Shown: piece by piece, positions 1 to 9,000 of the stretch
How the letters are laid out: the number at the start of each line of letters is the position of its first letter
Position numbering within the stretch: position 1 is the first letter of the stretch
Assembly (NCBI GenBank): GCA_963823945.1
Contig: CAWGNK010000003.1
Coordinates: forward strand, 5,732 to 69,731
Length of the DNA stretch: 64,000 bases
Source of the DNA: an uncultured Acidimicrobiaceae bacterium
Lineage (GTDB): Bacteria > Actinomycetota > Acidimicrobiia > Acidimicrobiales > Bog-793
Reading direction: 5' to 3'
The notes under the pieces: generated by a model
Database searches by the model: none
What the model saw: the letters and a program-made list of their open reading frames with translations, nothing else
What the model was told of the DNA's origin: nothing
Translations under genes and position numbers: made by a program

Positions 1-190
1 CGAGTGACCCGACACGACGGGCCCCGAACGGCCGGCGCGGGACACCGCCGACCGCCACGAGTGACCCGGACGGCGAGAACGCGCGGCCCACGACCGGCGA
101 CGCGCCCGACGCCGAACCGAACAGCGCCGCCACCACGAACACTGCCAGACCGCTGACCACTCGGACCGACCGACGTGTACCGCTCCGCAC
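1..190 (-). CDS. possible 5' part of a secreted/membrane protein gene running off the left edge (partial)
   Basis: Own minus-strand translation from GTG at 190-188 gives VRSGTRRSVRVVSGLAVFVVAALFGSASGASPVVG. This has a basic stretch, a hydrophobic core and small residues, like a Sec signal peptide. The frame is open to position 1. It is absent from the ORF track (no stop in the window). No clear SD. Confidence 0.3.
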   Translation of the reverse strand, partial: MRSGTRRSVRVVSGLAVFVVAALFGSASGASPVVGRAFSPSGSLVAVGGVPRRPFGARRVGSL

Positions 191-421
191 CGGCGCGCCA
201 CCAGGCGGCGTGGTCGGACGGACGAATCTGGCAGGTAGCGCAGCCGACTTCGACAACGGATCTCCTCGCGTCCTGATCGGACACCGTTCAGGGCCTGAGG
301 CTGCCGACGATACCCGCTCGGACTTCGAACCGGCCCCCGAGCTGTCGGCCCGTCAGGCTCAACTTGACTACCCTTGGTCCCGTCCTCGTGGTCGCTGCGC
401 CGACCCGAGCAGGACACTTCG

Positions 422-510
422 GGAGAGGTGCGAGAGCGGCCGAATCGGACTCACTGCTAATGAGTTGACCTGGGAAACTGGGTCCGAGGGTTCAAATCCC
501 TCCCTCTCCG
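422..510 (+). tRNA. tRNA-Ser (anticodon GCT), class II with long variable arm
   Basis: Acceptor GGAGAGG pairs with CCTCTCC, discriminator G. Anticodon stem ACTCA/TGAGT with loop CTGCTAA. Long variable arm. T-arm GAGGG-TTCAAAT-CCCTC. No encoded CCA. Confidence 0.9.
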
Positions 511-545
511 CGGTTTGGCCTGTATCCCATTTAGTGGACCACGTC

Positions 546-1432
546 TCATGACAACGTGGCCTGGGGTTCGGGTGAGTGTAGGTCTTCGAATTCGCTCGGG
601 GTGAGGTAGCCCAACGCGCTGTGTCGCCGGGCTTGGTTGTAGAAGTGCTCGATGTAATCCGCAATGGCGATGGCGAGCTCGAGCTTGGTCCGCCATCGTT
701 GGCGGTCGAGCAGCTCGACCTGCATCGAGCCCCAGAAGGACTCCATGGGGGCGTTGTCGTAGCAGTCGCCGACGGTGCCCATGGAACTCACGAGGCCGAG
801 GCGCCGGACGTTCTCGGTGAAGGCCCACGAGGTGAACTGGCTGCCGTGGTCCGAGTGGACGATCGTCGAGGGCGACGTCGGTCTCGAGGCGCTGGCCTTG
901 GCGAGGGCGTCGTTCACGAGCGCGGCCTCGCAGCGCCGGTCGATCGCCCAGCCGACCACCCTCCTGGAGTACATGTCCAAGACGACGCAGCAGTAGAGCT
1001 TGCCCTCTTGGGTCTCGTGCTCGGTGATGTCGGTGAGCCACAGCTCGTTGGGCGCTGCGGCGCGGAAGTTGCGCTGGACGAGGTCCTCGCAGGTGGGGGC
1101 GTTCTTCAGGTTCTTCACACCCTTGCGCGGCCCGGGCAGGCCTTTGATGCCCAGCTGGCGCATGATTCTTCTCACGAGCTTGGTGTTGACGATGAGCCCC
1201 TGCTCGATCTCGAGGGCGGCCCGGATGCGCAGGATGCCATAGGTGCCTCGAGAGCGGGCGTGGATGTCCGCGATGGCGTCGGCGAGCAGCAGGCGACGGA
1301 TCTCGCGGTCATTGGGCTTTCTGAACTTGATGTCGTAGTACGTCGAGCGGTCGAGGCCGACGATCTGACAGGCGAAGCGCTCGGAGTAGCCCAGGTTGTT
1401 CAGCCCTCGAACAACCTGGAACTTCCTTTTGG
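546..1432 (-). CDS. IS3 transposase OrfB (DDE/rve integrase core), expressed as an OrfAB fusion by -1 frameshift
   Basis: ORF track 546..1175, plus my translation of the same frame upstream: RKFQVVRGLNNLGYSERFACQIVGLDRSTYYDIKF...LVRRIMRQLG. Contains the motifs LWLTDITE, HSDHGSQFTS and DCYDNAPMESFWGSMQVE. Confidence 0.85.
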
Positions 1433-1708
1433 GTCGACGGCGCCCTCCTCGAAGAGGGCGCTCGCTGCCTTCACCGCTTTGAGCTCGGCTTCGAGCTCCT
1501 TGACGCGTCGCCGGGCTTGGAGGAGTGGATCAGCCTCGAAGCTCTTGGCCCCCGGGTGCCGGCCGGCGTCGATCAACGCCTGGCGCCGCCACTTATAGAG
1601 GGTGGCCTCTGCGACGCCGAGCTCGGTGACGAGGTTCTTCACCGCCTCACCGGCGAGCATCCGCTCGCAGGTCTTGCGCCGAAGTTCGTCGGGATAGTGC
1701 CTTGGCAT
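1400..1708 (-). CDS. IS3 transposase OrfA (HTH DNA-binding part)
   Basis: ORF track 1400..1744. I prefer ATG at 1708 (MPRHYPDELRRKTCERMLAGEAVKNLVTELGVAEATLYKWRRQ) because AGGAG lies 6 nt upstream. Helix-turn-helix followed by a leucine-rich coiled coil is typical of IS3 OrfA. Confidence 0.85.
   Translation of the reverse strand: MPRHYPDELRRKTCERMLAGEAVKNLVTELGVAEATLYKWRRQALIDAGRHPGAKSFEADPLLQARRRVKELEAELKAVKAASALFEEGAVDPKGSSRLFEG
1426..1432 (-). other. candidate programmed -1 ribosomal frameshift site (CCA AAA G) joining OrfA and OrfB
   Basis: In the OrfA frame the sequence reads GAC CCA AAA GGA. Slipping back one base on A AAA G continues into the OrfB frame without a stop. Confidence 0.6.
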
Positions 1709-1816
1709 ATCTGGCTCCTGGTGGACAGGGCCAAATTGTCTCAAGGGTGGTCCACTGTTTGGGGTTTAGGTCAGTTCGATGAACGCAAGTGGCGTGCGCT
1801 GCGGGCCATCGCGGCC

Positions 1817-2536
1817 TCAGCCCTGCTTCGTGCCCGCAACCCACCGCTGTGTCGGGCTCCAACGTGCGTGGAATGGCCAGGGACGCACGCTTGCCGTGAC
1901 ACCCCGTGCGCGCAGGCACTCCGCGACGGCGGAAGGCCCGACCCTCGAACCCCGCCAGGCGCGGTTCATCGTCCGGCGACCCTGGAGGATGTGCACAAGG
2001 TGGCCCGCGAAGCTGAGGGCAACCGCGGTCGCGGAGGTGGAGCGAATCTGCACGGCGAGCTTCCCGCCAACTCGCAGAACGCGCGCGCACTCCTCGAAAT
2101 AGCGCAGCTGTGCGGCCCGAGACGGGACGTGCTGGAAGGTGATGTAGGAGAACACGACGTCGATCTCAGCGTCCCCGACACCCGGCAGCGTGCCGTCCCC
2201 GTCCACCAACTGATAGACGACGTTGGAATGCGCGGAGAGATTGCTCCGGCACCGGCGGAGCATCTCCTCACTGACGTCGACGGCGACAACGCTCCCGAAG
2301 AGCTCGGACAATCGACGCGTCATCCGGCCGACTCCGCACCCGATTTCCAGAACGGTCGCTTCGGACCCGGGAACGATTCCACAGAATCTAAAGAAGGCGT
2401 CGGTCTCGGAGGCGCCCTGGGTGAAGAATTCCTCCGTCTCCTGGACGTGGCCAGTGGCCACGTACCAGGCAGCATCGTGCCTGGCCGCGTCGTCCCAGTA
2501 CGCGCGGGACCCGCTCTGGTGAGTGAACCTGGTCAC
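1817..2536 (-). CDS. class I SAM-dependent methyltransferase
   Basis: 239-aa ORF with GTG start. Motif I VLEIGCGVGRMT, followed by VVAVDVSEEML and an FSYITFQHV-type post-motif. Confidence 0.8.
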   Translation of the reverse strand: MTRFTHQSGSRAYWDDAARHDAAWYVATGHVQETEEFFTQGASETDAFFRFCGIVPGSEATVLEIGCGVGRMTRRLSELFGSVVAVDVSEEMLRRCRSNLSAHSNVVYQLVDGDGTLPGVGDAEIDVVFSYITFQHVPSRAAQLRYFEECARVLRVGGKLAVQIRSTSATAVALSFAGHLVHILQGRRTMNRAWRGSRVGPSAVAECLRARGVTASVRPWPFHARWSPTQRWVAGTKQG

Positions 2537-2579
2537 GTCTGCCCGCTAGCCACGTGGCACTCTCGGCTTGGCTGAAACA

Positions 2580-2786
2580 TCACGGCGATTCCTCGGTGAG
2601 GACGCGATCTAGCGCGACCTCGATTGCGCTGCCGGCGCAGAGGCAGATCGCGGAGGCGAGACCGAATACGCTTCCCGCGGGCTCCGGCCCGGTCTTCGAC
2701 CGCGTGCCGCTGTCGAAGGTGTCGGAACCAGCCACGAAGTCGGAACGTACCAGGTCCGGCTCACGGAGCCTCTCTGCGGGTGCCAT
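2580..2786 (-). CDS. small hypothetical protein (68 aa), possibly co-transcribed with the methyltransferase
   Basis: ORF track. Third-position G/C is about 80% by my codon-by-codon reading. Same strand as the methyltransferase and 43 nt upstream of it. No recognisable motif. Confidence 0.3.
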   Translation of the reverse strand: MAPAERLREPDLVRSDFVAGSDTFDSGTRSKTGPEPAGSVFGLASAICLCAGSAIEVALDRVLTEESP

Positions 2787-2856
2787 GGTCCGGGTAACAT
2801 CCAGGTCTCACGAGGTACTGGGACCGCGCTGCACGTGAGGCGGCCGTAAGTGATCT

Positions 2857-2930
2857 GCGCTCGTAGCTCAATTGGACAGAGCATCTGACTACGGATCAGA
2901 AGGTTGGGGGTTCGAGTCCCTCCGAGCGCG
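2857..2930 (+). tRNA. tRNA-Arg (anticodon ACG)
   Basis: Acceptor GCGCTCG pairs with CGAGCGC, discriminator G. D-arm TAGCTCAATTGGACAGAGC. Anticodon stem TCTGA/TCAGA with loop CTACGGA. T-arm GGGGG-TTCGAGT-CCCTC. No encoded CCA. ORF 2872..3921 spuriously begins inside it. Confidence 0.9.
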
Positions 2931-3057
2931 CAAATGTGATGATCTCCGGTCCAGCACCAAGCGGGAGGTTCGTTGCCAGAACCTCACCCGCGCGCCCGCA
3001 GCCTCTCGAGTCGGGCCATTCGTGACACGGCGGGCCCACCGGGGCCCAAGCCGGCGG

Positions 3058-3921
3058 ATGCTGGCAGGTGCGGTGGCGACGGTACTGACTCTGGCGGGCG
3101 TGCTGTCGAGCAGCTACGCGTTGGGGGCGGTGCCGGCGGCAGCGCGAACGACTGGATGGTGGCATCCGGGCTCCGCACCGATTGAGTGGCAATGGGAGCT
3201 CGATCATCCCCTCCACCTCTCCAGCCCCAAGGACATGGGCGAGGGCGCGACGACGCCTTCGGGCAATCCTGCGGGCAATCCGAAGGTCTACGACATCGAC
3301 GGCTTCCAGAATCCGGCATCGACGGTCGCCGCGCTCCACCGGGCCGGTGACCGCGTCGTCTGCTACATCGAGGTCGGGGCGGCGGAGAACTACCGACCGG
3401 ACTACCACGAGTTCCTGGCCCGGGACCTAGGCAAGAAGGTCCCGGGCTATCCCGCCGAGCGCTACCTCGACATCGACAGCCTCCGCGTCCGCCGGATCAT
3501 CGAGGCTCGCATCGCGATGTGCCACCGCAAGGGCTTCGACGGCGTCGAACCGGACATCGACGACTCGTACTCCGACAACACCGGCTTCACGATTACCGAG
3601 GCGGCGAACGTTGCTTACGACCTCGCCCTGGCCGCGTACGCTCACCGCCTGGGCCTGGCGTGGGGCCAGAAGAACGGCGACAATGATCCGCAGTTCTCTC
3701 GCCTCATCGAACCTCGCGCCGACTTCCTGCTCGACGAACAGTGCTTCCAATACGCCACGTGCGGCATTGTGGCGCCGCCCTACCTCCGTGCCCGCAAGGC
3801 GGTCTTCGAGGTCGAGTACTCGTTGCCGCGATCACGGTTCTGCGCCCAGGCCAACGGCCTCGATCTCAACAGCATGAAGATGAACGTCGCTCTGGAAGGT
3901 GGCCGACAACCCTGCCGGTAG
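3058..3921 (+). CDS. secreted glycoside hydrolase family 114-like (endo-alpha-1,4-polygalactosaminidase-like)
   Basis: ORF 2872..3921 trimmed to ATG 3058 (alternative GTG 3022). Signal peptide MLAGAVATVLTLAGVLSSSYALGA. Then WQWELD, VYDIDGF, VCYIEVGAAENYRPDY and GFDGVEPDIDDSY, which are typical of GH114/TIM-barrel polygalactosaminidases. Confidence 0.7.
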   Translation: MLAGAVATVLTLAGVLSSSYALGAVPAAARTTGWWHPGSAPIEWQWELDHPLHLSSPKDMGEGATTPSGNPAGNPKVYDIDGFQNPASTVAALHRAGDRVVCYIEVGAAENYRPDYHEFLARDLGKKVPGYPAERYLDIDSLRVRRIIEARIAMCHRKGFDGVEPDIDDSYSDNTGFTITEAANVAYDLALAAYAHRLGLAWGQKNGDNDPQFSRLIEPRADFLLDEQCFQYATCGIVAPPYLRARKAVFEVEYSLPRSRFCAQANGLDLNSMKMNVALEGGRQPCR

Positions 3922-4510
3922 GGAGCCAGCTCCGTTGCATGCCGTTGACCGCCGCCAGCTCGGCGATCTGCGTTCCCTGTTTCAGCTGGCGCTCGATCAG
4001 GAAACGTCCCTTGTCCACCGGAGACCCCTTTCGTCGCTGTCTCCGATGTCCTGACACACCAGCGGCGTCGTCGTCTCGTATGTCCTGAAAACGCGCACCT
4101 TCGAGCGCGCTCAAACATGCTGGTAACAGACTCGATGAACTCGAACAGCGCTCTCACCACGTGGGGCTGAATGAGTAGCCGCGCACCAGCACCGACCTGG
4201 GAACAAGGTGGCCACTGAAGGCACCGGCCTGCTTCTGGGACCAGCCCAGGCGGTCTTCCTTGGTGAAGAAGGCAGCTACGCCACGCCCTCCAGCAGGTGG
4301 GCGATCCACAAGTCCTGGTCACAGGTCGATGAGCCGGCGGTCGCAGGAGCCGACCCGACGGTCTGTGTTTGGTGGTCCGCCTCCGGGTGGATGGTCAGGC
4401 GCCGGAAGAAGTTGCCCGCCGGTGAGCCGATCCGCAGGTCCTCGGGCGATGAACGACCCCGATCGCACCTTGTAGCTTGACGATGTCGACCCGAAGAACG
4501 GAGCCAGCTG

Positions 4511-5785
4511 GTGGGAACAAGGCCGAGCAAGAAGCAAGTTCCGCGGGGTGCCCTGGCTGGCCACGACACGGATGCCCATGACGGCCTGAGGTTCCCGAAG
4601 GACTTCATCTGGGGCGCGGCGACGTCCGCGCACCAAATAGAAGGCGGGAACACGAACTCTGACTGGTGGGATTTCGAGCACCAGGCGGGGTCCGGCTGCG
4701 CCGAATCGAGCGGCGACGCCTGCGGCTCCTACTCTCGCTGGCACCAGGACCTCGCGGTCGTCGCGGACCTCGGGCTCACGAGCTACCGGTTCTCTCTCGA
4801 GTGGAGCCGGATCGAGCCGGCCCAGGGAGAGTGGTCTCTGGCGGCACTCGACCACTACCGGCGGATCTGCGCCGGGTGCCGGGAAGTCGGACTAGAACCG
4901 ACCGTGACCTTCCATCACTTCACAAACCCCCGCTGGTTCGCTGCCCAGGGCGGCTGGGAGGCACCGCAGTCGCCTGCGATGTTCGCGCGGTTCTGCGAGA
5001 AGGCGGCGGGATCGTTGGGCGATCTGATCGGCCGCGCCTGCACCGTGAATGAGCCGAGCATGGTGGCACTGATCGGCTACTTGCTCGGTGAATTCCCGCC
5101 GGGTCGCAAGGACGACACCGAAGCCTTCGTCACGGTGACGAAACACCTGGTCGAAGCCCACCGGCAGGCGGTCGAGGCTCTGCGGGCCGGGCCCGGCGTC
5201 TACCCGGTCGGTTTGTCGCTGGCGATGTCAGAGTTTCAGGTGTTGCCGGGCGGCGAGGAACTCGCAGCTCTTGCCCAGGAGATGATGGAGGACATCTACC
5301 TCCGCGAGCTCGGCGGGGACGACTTCGTCGGCGTCCAGAGCTACACGAGGACCTACATCGGCCCACAGGGCCCCGTCGACCCGCCTCCCGGCACCCGCCT
5401 CACCGCGATGGGGTACGAGTACTGGCCCCAGACCGCCGAGGAGGCGATCCGGAGGGCTGCCGCGGTGACCGGCAGGCCGGTGATCGTCACCGAGAACGGC
5501 ATTGCGACGGACGACGACGCCGAGCGCGTCGAGTTCGTCTCGGATGCCCTGCGCGGCGTCCACCGGTGCCTGGAGGACGGGATCGACGTGCGCGGCTACT
5601 TCTACTGGAGCCTGCTCGACAATTTCGAGTGGGCCCGCGGCTTCGAGCCCCATTTCGGGCTGGTTTCGGTCGACCGCTCGACGTTCGCGCGGCGACCCAA
5701 GCCGTCTGCGCGCTGGTTCGGCGAGGTCGCCCGCCGCCGGGAGCTCATCCCGGCCGCGGCGGACGAGCTCGGGCCCGGGGCGTGA
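4511..5785 (+). CDS. GH1 beta-glucosidase
   Basis: 424-aa ORF with GTG start. FIWGAATSAHQIEGG at the N-terminus, acid/base TVNEP and nucleophile IVTENG motifs, and YFYWSLLDNFEW. Confidence 0.9.
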   Translation: MGTRPSKKQVPRGALAGHDTDAHDGLRFPKDFIWGAATSAHQIEGGNTNSDWWDFEHQAGSGCAESSGDACGSYSRWHQDLAVVADLGLTSYRFSLEWSRIEPAQGEWSLAALDHYRRICAGCREVGLEPTVTFHHFTNPRWFAAQGGWEAPQSPAMFARFCEKAAGSLGDLIGRACTVNEPSMVALIGYLLGEFPPGRKDDTEAFVTVTKHLVEAHRQAVEALRAGPGVYPVGLSLAMSEFQVLPGGEELAALAQEMMEDIYLRELGGDDFVGVQSYTRTYIGPQGPVDPPPGTRLTAMGYEYWPQTAEEAIRRAAAVTGRPVIVTENGIATDDDAERVEFVSDALRGVHRCLEDGIDVRGYFYWSLLDNFEWARGFEPHFGLVSVDRSTFARRPKPSARWFGEVARRRELIPAAADELGPGA

Positions 5786-6001
5786 GGGAAGGCCGGGCGA
5801 GGCCCGATCAACCGGGGAGGCGCGAGCCGTGCGAACGCCGGCCGGCGGTCGAGACCTCCCGATCGAACCTGGACACCTCGCCACAAGTCGCGTCCATTCG
5901 TTCCTGGACACGTGATGCTGCCGGTCGGTCCGACTGCGGGCGGTGAGATCCGGGCTCGGCGCAGCCGTGGCACGCGGAAGCCCGGTTCGGGCGACTAGCC
6001 C

Positions 6002-9000
6002 CTAGCTCACAGTGAAGGCGCTGGAGTTGACCGCCGTCGTGACCCCGCTGATCCCGCTCGGCGTGGCTGTGAAGGTGTAGCTGCCCGTGGCAGTGACCAC
6101 GAGGTTGTTGAACGTCGCCACGCCGCTACTCAACGTGATCGTGGTGGTCCCCGAGGTGAAGCTCGTCTGCGGGCAGCCCGACTTGATGGATATGACCACC
6201 GACCCCGTCGCCGTCGTCACGACGTTGCCGTTCGCGTCCTCGACCGACACGGCGACGTTCGGGATGGAGCTGCCATGCGTTCCGGGGCCTGGCGCCGCCG
6301 GGGTGAAGGCGAGCTTGCTCGCCGCGCCGGCGATGATCGAGACGGCCGACGACGCCGGGGCCGACGTCAGCGAGCTGTCACTCGCCGTGAGCGTGTAGGA
6401 GCCGTCCGCCGCCGTCCCGGTGATCTTGCAAGCGGCGAAGGTGGCGACGCCGGCCGAGGCGGTTACCGCAAGGGCCGTGCAGCCGAGGGTGCCCTCGGTG
6501 GTCCCCCCATTGCCGGCCGTGTAGCCGTTGAGGGCAAGGGTCACAACGGTCGTGTTGTTGGTCACGACGTTGCCGTAGGCGTCCTCGACGTAGATCTTGG
6601 GCTGGGTGGCGAAGCTCGTTCCCTCGGTCACCCCGCCGACGGGCTGGACGTCCCAGCCCAGCTTGGTCGCCGTGCCGTAATTGATCGAGACCGATGACGA
6701 CGCCGGGGCCGCCGTCAGCGAGCCGTCGGTCGCCTTCAAGGTGTAGGTGCCGGCCGCCGCCGTGCCGGTGATCTGGCAGCCGGCGAAGGTGGCGACGCCG
6801 GCCACGGCGGTGACCGTGAGCGCCGTGCAGCCGAGGGTGCCCTGGGTGGTCCCCCCGTTGCCGGCCGTGTAGCCGTTGATCGCGAGCGTCACGCTGCTCG
6901 TGTCGCTGGTCACGACGTTGCCGTTGGCGTCCTCGACGTAGATGACCGGCTGGGTGGCGAAGTTCGTTCCCTCGGTCACGCCGCCGACCGGCTGGACGTC
7001 CCAGGCCAGCTTGCTCGCCGTGCCGGCGATGACCGAGACATTCGACGACGCCGGGGCCGCCGTCAGCGTGCCGTCGGTCGCCTTGAGGGTGTAGGTGCCG
7101 GCCGCCGCCGTGCCGGTGATCTTGCAGGCGGCGAAGGTGGCGACGCCGGCCGAGGCGGTGACCGTGAGGGCCGTGCAGCCGAGGGTGCCCGAGGTGGTTC
7201 CCCCGTTGCCGGCCGTGTAGCCGTTGAGGGCGAGGGTCACGCTGCTCGCGTTGTTGGTCACGACGTTGCCGTTGGCGTCCTCGACGTAGACGACCGGCTG
7301 GGTGGCGAAGTTCGTTCCCTCGGTCACGCCGCCGACCGGCTGGACGTCCCAGGCCAGCTTGGTCGCCGTGCCGTAGGTGATGGAGACGGCCGACGACGCC
7401 GGCGCCGCCGTCAGCGAGCCGTCGGTCGCCTTCAAGGTGTAGGTGCCGGCCGCCGCCGTGCCGGTGATCTGGCAGCCGGCGAAGGTGGCGACGCCGGCCG
7501 AGGCGGTGACCGTGAGGGCCGTGCAGCCGAGGCTGCCCTGGTTGGTTCCCCCGTTGCCGGCTGTGTAGCCGTTGATCGCGAGCGTCACGCTGCTCGTGTC
7601 GCTGGTCACGACGTTGCCGTAGGCGTCCTCGACGTAGATGACCGGCTGGGTGGCGAAGTTCGTTCCCTCGGTCACGCCGCCGACCGGCTGGACGTCCCAG
7701 ACCAGCTTGCTCGCCGTGCTGGCGATGACCGAGACATTCGACGACGCCGGGGCCGCCGTCAACGAGCCGTCGGTCGCCTTCAAGGTGTAGGTGCCGGCCC
7801 CCGCCGTCCCGGTGATCTGGCATCCGGCGAAGGTGGCGACGCCGGACGAGGCGGTGACCGTGAGGGCCGTGCAGCCGAGGGTGCCCTGGGTGGTCCCCCC
7901 GTTGCCGGCCGTGTAGCCGTTGATCGCGAGCGTCACGCTGCTCGCGTTGTTGGTCACGACGTTGCCGTTGGCGTCCTCGACGTAGATGACCGGCTGGGTG
8001 GCGAAGTTCGTTCCCTCGGTCACGCCGCCGACCGGCTGGACGTCCCAGGCCAGCTTGGTCGCCGTGCCGTAGGTGATGGAGACGGCTGACGACGCCGGGG
8101 CCGCCGTCAACGAGCCGTCGCTCGCCGTCAGGGTGTAGGTGCCGGCCGCCGCCGTGCCGGTGATCTGGCAGGCGGCGAAGGTGGCGACGCCGGCCGAGGC
8201 GGTGACCGTGAGGGCCGTGCAGCCGAGGGTGCCCTGGTTGGTTCCCCCGTTGCCGGCTGTGTAGCCGCTGATCGCGAGCGTCACGCTGCTCGCGTTGTTG
8301 GTCACGACGTTGCCGTTGGCGTCCTCGACGTAGATCTTGGGCTGGGTGCCAAAGCTCGTTCCCTCGGTCACGCCGCCGACCGGCTGGACGTCCCAGGCCA
8401 GCTTGGTCGCCGTGCCGTAATTGATCGAGACCGATGACGACGCCGGGGCCGCCGTCAGCGAGCCGTCGGTCGCCTTCAAGGTGTAGGTGCCGGCCGCCGC
8501 CGTGCCGGTGATCTGGCAGCCGGCGAAGGTGGCGACGCCGGCCACGGCGGTAACCGTGAGGGCCGTGCAGCCGAGGCTGCCCTGGGTGGTCCCCCCGTTG
8601 CCGGCCGTGTAGCCGTTGATCGCCAGCGTCACGCTGCTCGTGTCGCTGGTCACGACGTTGCCGTTGGCGTCTTCGACGTAGATGACCGGCTGGGTGGCGA
8701 AGTTCGTTCCCTCGGTCACGCCGCCGACCGGCTGGACGTCCCAGGCCAGCTTGCTCGCCGTGCCGGCGATGACCGAGACATTCGACGACGCCGGGGCCGC
8801 CGTCAGCGTGCCGTCGGTCGCCTTGAGGGTGTAGGTGCCGGCCGCCGCCGTGCCGGTGATCTGGCATCCGGCGAAGGTGGCGACGCCGGCCGAGGCGGTG
8901 ACCGTGAGGGCCGTGCAGCCGAGGGTGCCCGAGGTGGTTCCCCCGTTGCCGGCCGTGTAGCCGTTGATCGCCAGGGTCACGCTGCTCGCGTTGTTGGTCA

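Larger units (their letters stand above)
521..1773 (-). mobile_element. IS3-family insertion sequence (about 1.25 kb), apparently intact
   Basis: Two-ORF transposase with a -1 frameshift site. Ends are 5'-TG...CA-3'. Imperfect terminal inverted repeats share the core AGTGGACCAC (521-542 TGTATCCCATTTAGTGGACCAC; reverse complement of 1747-1773 TGACCTAAACCCCAAACAGTGGACCAC). The flanking triplets differ (GCC vs GTT), so no target-site duplication is evident. Confidence 0.85.

Noticed and set aside
210-1041. ORFs 210..551(+), 368..664(-) and 457..1041(-) around tRNA-Ser and the IS end
   Set aside because: They overlap a well-formed tRNA and the IS3 transposase frame. Their translations are low complexity with no motifs.
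3866-4114. Possible helix-turn-helix transposase remnant (KGRFLIERQLKQGTQIAELAAVNGMQRS) in the 590-bp gap between the GH114 and GH1 genes
   Set aside because: The resemblance covers only about 30 residues, the ORF overlaps the GH114 3' end, there is no DDE part and no terminal repeats. I cannot support it without a database search.
6378-8867. 829-aa minus-strand ORF and several plus-strand ORFs of 100-160 aa (6087, 9549, 10572, 11247, 11729 and others) inside the giant gene
   Set aside because: They are alternate-frame or antisense readings of the GC-rich repeat DNA. Their translations are Arg/Gly/His-rich and periodic with the same unit as the real frame. The 2447-aa frame has domain-like, compositionally normal sequence.
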